64,000 bases of DNA from an uncultured delta proteobacterium (GTDB lineage: Bacteria; Desulfobacterota; Zymogenia; Zymogenales; Zymogenaceae): positions 160,001-224,000 of the forward strand of contig CAWBYW010000009.1 in the NCBI GenBank assembly GCA_963792965.1, written 5' to 3'. The notes under the pieces are model-generated. The model saw only the letters and a program-made list of their open reading frames with translations. It did not search any database and was not told the DNA's origin. How positions within the stretch are numbered: the first letter of the stretch is position 1; the number at the start of each line of letters is the position of its first letter. Shown in pieces: positions 58,729 to 64,000 of this stretch. Both the position numbers and the translations under genes were made by a program.

Positions 58729-59902
58729 CCCGGACGAAAAGGAGCATAATCGACGACAGAAACGCAAAGCCTGCGCCCATGACGAACGCATAGACGATCC
58801 CGACGTACTGCCAGACGAGACCGAAGACGATGCTTGACGGCAGTGCCGCGATACCGACCATCAGGTTATAGAGGCCGTAGGCGGTCCCCCGACGGTCCTC
58901 CGGCACGAGATCCGCCACGAGGGCCCGCTCGGCGCCCTCCGTGAGCCCGAAGTAGATACCGTAGAGGGCAAAGAGCACCCAGATACCGGCGACGTGGGTG
59001 GTAAACCCGAAGGCGAGGTATATGGCTGCGTAGACAACCCAGCCTGCGATAATCACCCGTTTCCTGCCGATCCTGTCCGACAGAGACCCTCCGGGGATGC
59101 CGGTGACCGCTTTCACGGCGTTAAGCACCATCCAAAGGATCGGGATCTGGGCCTCCGGGATCCCGGCGTTGCTGGCGCGAAGGAGCAGGAACGCGTCCGA
59201 GGAGTTGCCGAGGGTGAATATGAGCACTACTACCAGATAGTACCTGAAATTTGCGTCCATTTCCTTCAGCCCGCCTCGAAGGGATAACGTCCTGGCGGGC
59301 TTTTTCGGCTTGACCTCCTTGACGAAGAAGAAGACGATGATGAGAACGACAACCCCGGGGATCGCCGAGAGATAGAAGAGGGTGCTCAGATTGTTGTCGA
59401 TCAGCGGCAGGATGAGGGCGGCGCTCAGTGGTCCGAGGATCGCCCCGGCATTGTCCATCGCCCGCTGGAAGCCGAAGGTGATCCCCCGCTTCCCGCTTTC
59501 GGCCGAATCGGCCAACAGCGCGTCACGCGGCGCAGTTCTGATCCCTTTCCCGATCCGGTCGGAAAACCTCAACAGCAAGACGTGCCACCACGCCCCCGCG
59601 GCACCGATGAGGGGCCGCACGACGTTGGAGATGCTGTACCCCGCCACAAATATCGGCTTTCGCCTCTTATACTTGTCCGACCAGTACCCGGAAAAGAATT
59701 TCAGGATCGACGCCGTAGTCTCCGCGACACCCTCGATGATCCCGAGGGACGCGGCCCCCGCCTTGAGGACCGTCGTCAGGAAGAGCGGAAGCAACGAATA
59801 AATCATCTCCGAGGCGTAGTCGTTAAAGAAGCTGACCAGCCCCACGAAGAAAATATTTCGTCGAGCGTCCTTTCTTTCGTCGTTTCTTGCCTTATTGACC
59901 AT
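58712..59902 (-). CDS. MFS transporter
   Basis: DRIGKGIRTAPRDAL, LSDRIGRK; about 12 TM. Confidence 0.9.
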   Translation of the reverse strand: MVNKARNDERKDARRNIFFVGLVSFFNDYASEMIYSLLPLFLTTVLKAGAASLGIIEGVAETTASILKFFSGYWSDKYKRRKPIFVAGYSISNVVRPLIGAAGAWWHVLLLRFSDRIGKGIRTAPRDALLADSAESGKRGITFGFQRAMDNAGAILGPLSAALILPLIDNNLSTLFYLSAIPGVVVLIIVFFFVKEVKPKKPARTLSLRGGLKEMDANFRYYLVVVLIFTLGNSSDAFLLLRASNAGIPEAQIPILWMVLNAVKAVTGIPGGSLSDRIGRKRVIIAGWVVYAAIYLAFGFTTHVAGIWVLFALYGIYFGLTEGAERALVADLVPEDRRGTAYGLYNLMVGIAALPSSIVFGLVWQYVGIVYAFVMGAGFAFLSSIMLLFVRAKRTA

Positions 59903-60015
59903 TCGTCACCTCGCGCCGGCGTTCTGATCCACACCAACCAGACCCAAAAACCTCACACACCACAGGCGTATGTCATCAGTCCCGGTGATACAGCCACGTC
60001 ACAACAAAAAGGTCC

Positions 60016-61023
60016 CTACTTGTTATCCTCCTTCACGGGCACCACGTCGATGGTTACCCGCCCCTCCTTAACGCGCACCTTGAGATAGTGGTAAAAGTAG
60101 TGCGCGGCATCCGTGCCGATGAGCGGTGCGCCCGCGCCGCCGGAGATGACGTACGGGATCCCCTCCCACTGCCCGACAAAGTAGCCGTGAATGTGCGAGC
60201 AGAAGATATAGGTGACGCGGTATTTCTTGAGGATATCCATAAGCTTTCGCGCGGGCACAGCAGGGAGGCTGTGCCGGATGGTCGTCCCCGCGGGATCGAA
60301 AAGCGGCTGGTGCATGAAGACAAAGCAGAGCGGATACGCCGTGGCGGCGCACAGCTCATCTTCGAGCCATCGCTCCTGCATCAGATCGATGCCCTCGGAA
60401 CCTGCATCGTCGATGACGATAAAATAGGCGTCTCCGAAGGCAAAGGAATAGTAAAACGGGCCGAGGGTCCGGAAGTAGAGCTCCCTCCCTTTTCCGAGAA
60501 GCTCGTGGTTTCCGATGGCGCAGACCAACGGTTTTTTCAGGTTCTCGCCGACCTGTGAGAGGTAGAGGGCATACCGATCGGACGTACCCATCCCGACGGC
60601 GTCACCCGTGGAGACGGCAAAGGATATGTCAGGATCGCCGTTCACCCGTCTGAGGAGCGCTCTAAAGACATCGGTGCTCCCGCGGTTATCCCCGAAAACG
60701 GCAAAAGAAAAATCGGTCGGCGCGGCGCGTTTCATCTCTCCGATACGGACAAGGCCCGCCGAGGTGAGGTCAGAGCTACTCGCCGGGGGGCATTGGGCGG
60801 CCTGAAGGTAAAAGGGCATGATAAGAAGAGCGACCAGGGCAAAGTACAACATACGGGCGCCGGACACCGGGCGGCTTGGCTTGAACGGATTTTTCGCCGG
60901 TGCTCCACCCCAACGCGGGTAAACCGATATGTGTGTAGACATGGCGCTGTAAAACCTCCGGCTGTTTCTCATCGTCCCCGTGACGGCGCACCAAGGTGAC
61001 CCTTCCGCTCCCGCGCGGGACAC
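60016..61023 (-). CDS. Calcineurin-like metallophosphoesterase (true start probably downstream of 61023)
   Basis: GDNR, GDAV, GNHE, FMHQP, SHIH; signal-like hydrophobic segment. Confidence 0.85.
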   Translation of the reverse strand: MSRAGAEGSPWCAVTGTMRNSRRFYSAMSTHISVYPRWGGAPAKNPFKPSRPVSGARMLYFALVALLIMPFYLQAAQCPPASSSDLTSAGLVRIGEMKRAAPTDFSFAVFGDNRGSTDVFRALLRRVNGDPDISFAVSTGDAVGMGTSDRYALYLSQVGENLKKPLVCAIGNHELLGKGRELYFRTLGPFYYSFAFGDAYFIVIDDAGSEGIDLMQERWLEDELCAATAYPLCFVFMHQPLFDPAGTTIRHSLPAVPARKLMDILKKYRVTYIFCSHIHGYFVGQWEGIPYVISGGAGAPLIGTDAAHYFYHYLKVRVKEGRVTIDVVPVKEDNK

Positions 61024-61183
61024 TCCCTAAGAGACAGCCTCCTGTACGGGGACAGAATAGAGGCTGGATATATGATACCTGTGAAATCCGGAACAAGTCA
61101 AGGCCTAAGAGGTCTGATTAATATAGTTTTCTTTTCCCAGATATGTTAGAATGTAAGAATTCCGAACAGGAGGAACCGACGAC

Positions 61184-63157
61184 ATGAGATTCTCAAGAAC
61201 CCTGCTTATTGCTTCCCTCTCGCTTGTTCCGATCCTGATATCCTGCGCTACCGTTCCACGTCCAATGGAAACGCGCGTTCCACAGCCGACCGCGGAAATG
61301 ACGGGCGTCTATACGATGGCCGAACAGGACTTCAAGGGCGGCAACTATTCTCAAGCACTCAAGGAATACCTTTCCTATATCAGCACGTATGGCCCAAATG
61401 CGCTGACCGATAACGCACTGGTCAGGGCGGGAGACATCTACCTCGCCTCCGGGGACCTTGAATCGGCCCAGAACATGTATCTGAGGGTTGTCGGAGACTA
61501 TGTCGGCTCTGACTCGTACGACGAGGCGCGCTATAAGCTCGGCTACGCCTATTATAAGGCGGGAAAATATCCGGACGCGGTCCAGATCCTTAAGGCCCTT
61601 GTCGAGTCCCCGGTCTCGGGGCGTGATGACACCTCGGCCTCTCTGATACTGGCCAAGAGCTACCTGATGACGGGTGACTATTACTCCTCGATCGTCTGGT
61701 TTACAAAAGTCCAGGACGCCACTGCCGACCCCACGATCAAGTCCGAAGCGAAGTCTAACGTAAAGTCGATCGTCGAAAAGTACCTTTCCGAGGATGAGTT
61801 GGTCCGGGTATCGGACGACTTCATCGGCAAGGATGCGGGCGGATATGCGGCTTACGCGCTTGCAAAGATCTACACCTCCCGCGGCGATGTCGACGCCGCC
61901 CACGAACAGCTGTTGAGGATCGTGAGAAACCAGCCGGACCATGAGTATTACTACGAGGCCCAGGGGATGCTCAAGGAAACGGCAGGCCCCACGACCGCCC
62001 GCGAAATCACGATAGGCGTCATCCTGCCGCTGAGCGGGCGCAACTCGTCTTTCGGCATCAGGGTGCGCGACGGAGCCAAGCTTGCCGCAGGCGACATGGG
62101 TTTCACCGAGGGACCGCGCGTTAAGCTGATCATAAAGGACTGCGGGGACGATCCCGCCTCCGCCGCGTCTGCCGTACGGGAGCTCGCGCAGGAAGACGAT
62201 GTCCTGGCCATTGTCGGCCCGATGGTGAAAGAGAGCGCCGTGGCCGCGGCAACGGAGGCCCAGGCCCTCAAAATTCCGATCATCACCCTTACGCGCGCCC
62301 AGGGGATCACGGACATTGGCGATTACGTATTCAGAAACTTCCTCACCAATCCCGATGAGATCAGGGGGCTGGTTCGCTACATCGTCCAGGGCCGGGGGCT
62401 CACGAGGTTTGCCGTCCTCTACCCCGACGACGCCTACGGCAAGGAGATGAAGGATCTCTTCTCGCGGGAGGTCGGCTATTATGGCGCCAGGGTTGTTGCA
62501 GAGACCCCGTACGAGGGCGAAACCGCCGACTTCCGATCGACCCTCAGGACTCTTATCTCCGCCGCCGGCGGAGATAAGAAAAAAACCCCCTTCGACGCCA
62601 TCTTTATCCCCGACTACTACAACACCGTCGGACTCATCATCCCGTACGTCTATTTCTACGACCTGAAGAACGTCACGCTCGTCGGTACCGACGGCTGGAA
62701 CGATCCGGGGCTGTTGTCCATCGGGGGGGATATGCTCATCGGCTCATATTTTGCCGACGCCTTTTGCCCGAACAGCGACCGAACCGAGGTCAAGCGGTTT
62801 GTCGACGACTTCAAGAGCGCGTTTAGCCGGGAGCCGGGGGTGCTTGAGGCGTACGGATACGACACGATACGCATGATCCAGTATCTCATGAAGACCCAGG
62901 GCATCAAGAGCCGAAATGACATGAGACTATCGCTTCTTTCGATCCGCGACTGGGAAGGCGTAACCGGAAGCACTACCATCGACCGGACCGGCGAGTCGAC
63001 GAAGGAGCCGTTCATTCTCACCGTGGTGGAGTCGAAGGTCGAGCCGACGCTCACGATAACCGAGCAGCCCGAGGAGGGAGTGGCGGTCGCCGCGGAGCCT
63101 CCGAAGGAATCCAAGAAGAACCTTATGATCATCGAAGTGCCGGGGGCAAATCGCTGA
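61184..63157 (+). CDS. LpoA-like lipoprotein (TPR repeats + periplasmic binding protein type I domain)
   Basis: Lipobox LISC, TPRs, IGVILPLSG, AIVGP, FDAIFIPD, AYGYD, GVTG. Confidence 0.82.
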   Translation: MRFSRTLLIASLSLVPILISCATVPRPMETRVPQPTAEMTGVYTMAEQDFKGGNYSQALKEYLSYISTYGPNALTDNALVRAGDIYLASGDLESAQNMYLRVVGDYVGSDSYDEARYKLGYAYYKAGKYPDAVQILKALVESPVSGRDDTSASLILAKSYLMTGDYYSSIVWFTKVQDATADPTIKSEAKSNVKSIVEKYLSEDELVRVSDDFIGKDAGGYAAYALAKIYTSRGDVDAAHEQLLRIVRNQPDHEYYYEAQGMLKETAGPTTAREITIGVILPLSGRNSSFGIRVRDGAKLAAGDMGFTEGPRVKLIIKDCGDDPASAASAVRELAQEDDVLAIVGPMVKESAVAAATEAQALKIPIITLTRAQGITDIGDYVFRNFLTNPDEIRGLVRYIVQGRGLTRFAVLYPDDAYGKEMKDLFSREVGYYGARVVAETPYEGETADFRSTLRTLISAAGGDKKKTPFDAIFIPDYYNTVGLIIPYVYFYDLKNVTLVGTDGWNDPGLLSIGGDMLIGSYFADAFCPNSDRTEVKRFVDDFKSAFSREPGVLEAYGYDTIRMIQYLMKTQGIKSRNDMRLSLLSIRDWEGVTGSTTIDRTGESTKEPFILTVVESKVEPTLTITEQPEEGVAVAAEPPKESKKNLMIIEVPGANR

Positions 63158-63161
63158 GCTC

Positions 63162-63950
63162 ATGAGACTCCCCCTGCGAAAGGCCCTCTTCTCTATCGCT
63201 GTTATGCTGGTTGTGACCCTGGTTATTCCTATAATCAGGGTCGCTTCTTTTATGGGTGGTGATGCTTACGTAGCAAAGGTCTTCGACGGCGACAGCATCC
63301 TGCTTACCGACGGGAGGGAGGTTCGCTACATCGGTATCGACACGCCCGAAGTCGGGGGATATCGGCCCGGAGAATATTGGGGAGATGAGGCATCCGAGGC
63401 AAACAGAAGGCTGGTCGACGGAAAAAAGATCAGGCTCCAGTTCGATAAGGAGCTTACAGATTCATACGGCAGGACGTTGGCATATGTATTTGTGGGGGAC
63501 GTCTTTGTGAACCTCGCGCTTGTGCGTGAGGGAGCCGCGCTCGCCGTCCCCTACCTCCCTAACCTGGCCTATCGGCGGCAACTCAACGACGCCATGGGTG
63601 ACGCCCGGCGCGAAAGGCGGGGCATGTGGGCGCACCCGGAACGGTGGATCGTCGGGTCGGATGACGCGAGGAAGTTTATCGGCCAGTCCAAGACCGTGGC
63701 GGGGCGTGTCCTCTTTGCCAAGGCGGCGCGGCCCGGCGTCTTCCTCAACTTCGGGAAGGATTTTGCGACCGACTTCACGGTCTTCATCCCGAACGAATAC
63801 CTCGTCTATTTTTCCGACTCGGGGATTTCGGATCCCGCCGCGGCCTATCGCGGGCGGACGATCGAGGTGACCGGGACGATTAATGAGAAGAACGGCCCGT
63901 CGATCACGGTTCGCCATCCCGATCAGATATATATCCGCGAGGATCCTTAA
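63162..63950 (+). CDS. Thermonuclease (SNase) family protein with C-terminal OB-fold-like domain
   Basis: DGDSI, VRYIGIDTPE, DSYGRTLAYV, NLALVREG; VFLNFG...VTG. Confidence 0.88.
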   Translation: MRLPLRKALFSIAVMLVVTLVIPIIRVASFMGGDAYVAKVFDGDSILLTDGREVRYIGIDTPEVGGYRPGEYWGDEASEANRRLVDGKKIRLQFDKELTDSYGRTLAYVFVGDVFVNLALVREGAALAVPYLPNLAYRRQLNDAMGDARRERRGMWAHPERWIVGSDDARKFIGQSKTVAGRVLFAKAARPGVFLNFGKDFATDFTVFIPNEYLVYFSDSGISDPAAAYRGRTIEVTGTINEKNGPSITVRHPDQIYIREDP

Positions 63951-64000
63951 GCACAGACCCCTTCCCAAAAGACGCCCAACCCGCGGCAAGAGTCCCACAC

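Overview
Gene-dense region from a Gram-negative (lpxH, tatC, TolC, LpoA-like) anaerobe. The protein repertoire suggests Deltaproteobacteria/Desulfobacterota (inference). Left end: a PAS/sigma-54 activator, then a tRNA-Pro(TGG) 3' half that starts exactly at the anticodon loop (att-like site), a decayed IS3 transposase end, and a NAD-coupled group-3d-like [NiFe]-hydrogenase cluster (extended hoxU, hoxY, hoxH, hoxW; no hoxEF). A second, degenerate 69-bp copy of the same att/tRNA fragment closes the cluster, so the hydrogenase looks like cargo of a tandemly integrated island. The middle is rich in CoA/radical chemistry. There are two parallel 'TetR - radical enzyme - acyl-CoA ligase' modules with paralogous TetRs: one carries a glycyl radical enzyme with an atypical GCVY Cys loop, the other a divergent 4-hydroxybutyryl-CoA dehydratase homologue. 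Also present: an RND efflux system, an LsrK-like kinase/2-hydroxyacid dehydrogenase fusion with a class II aldolase, a desaturase-like/FNR pair, a membrane FHA - Ser/Thr kinase - PP2C module and a CmuA-like methyltransferase-corrinoid fusion. A ~1.1 kb indel-rich patch (about 37750-38850) breaks two genes and may be assembly error. The right end is housekeeping/envelope genes. No CRISPR array, rRNA or intact tRNA was seen. All calls come from motif recognition by eye, without database searches.
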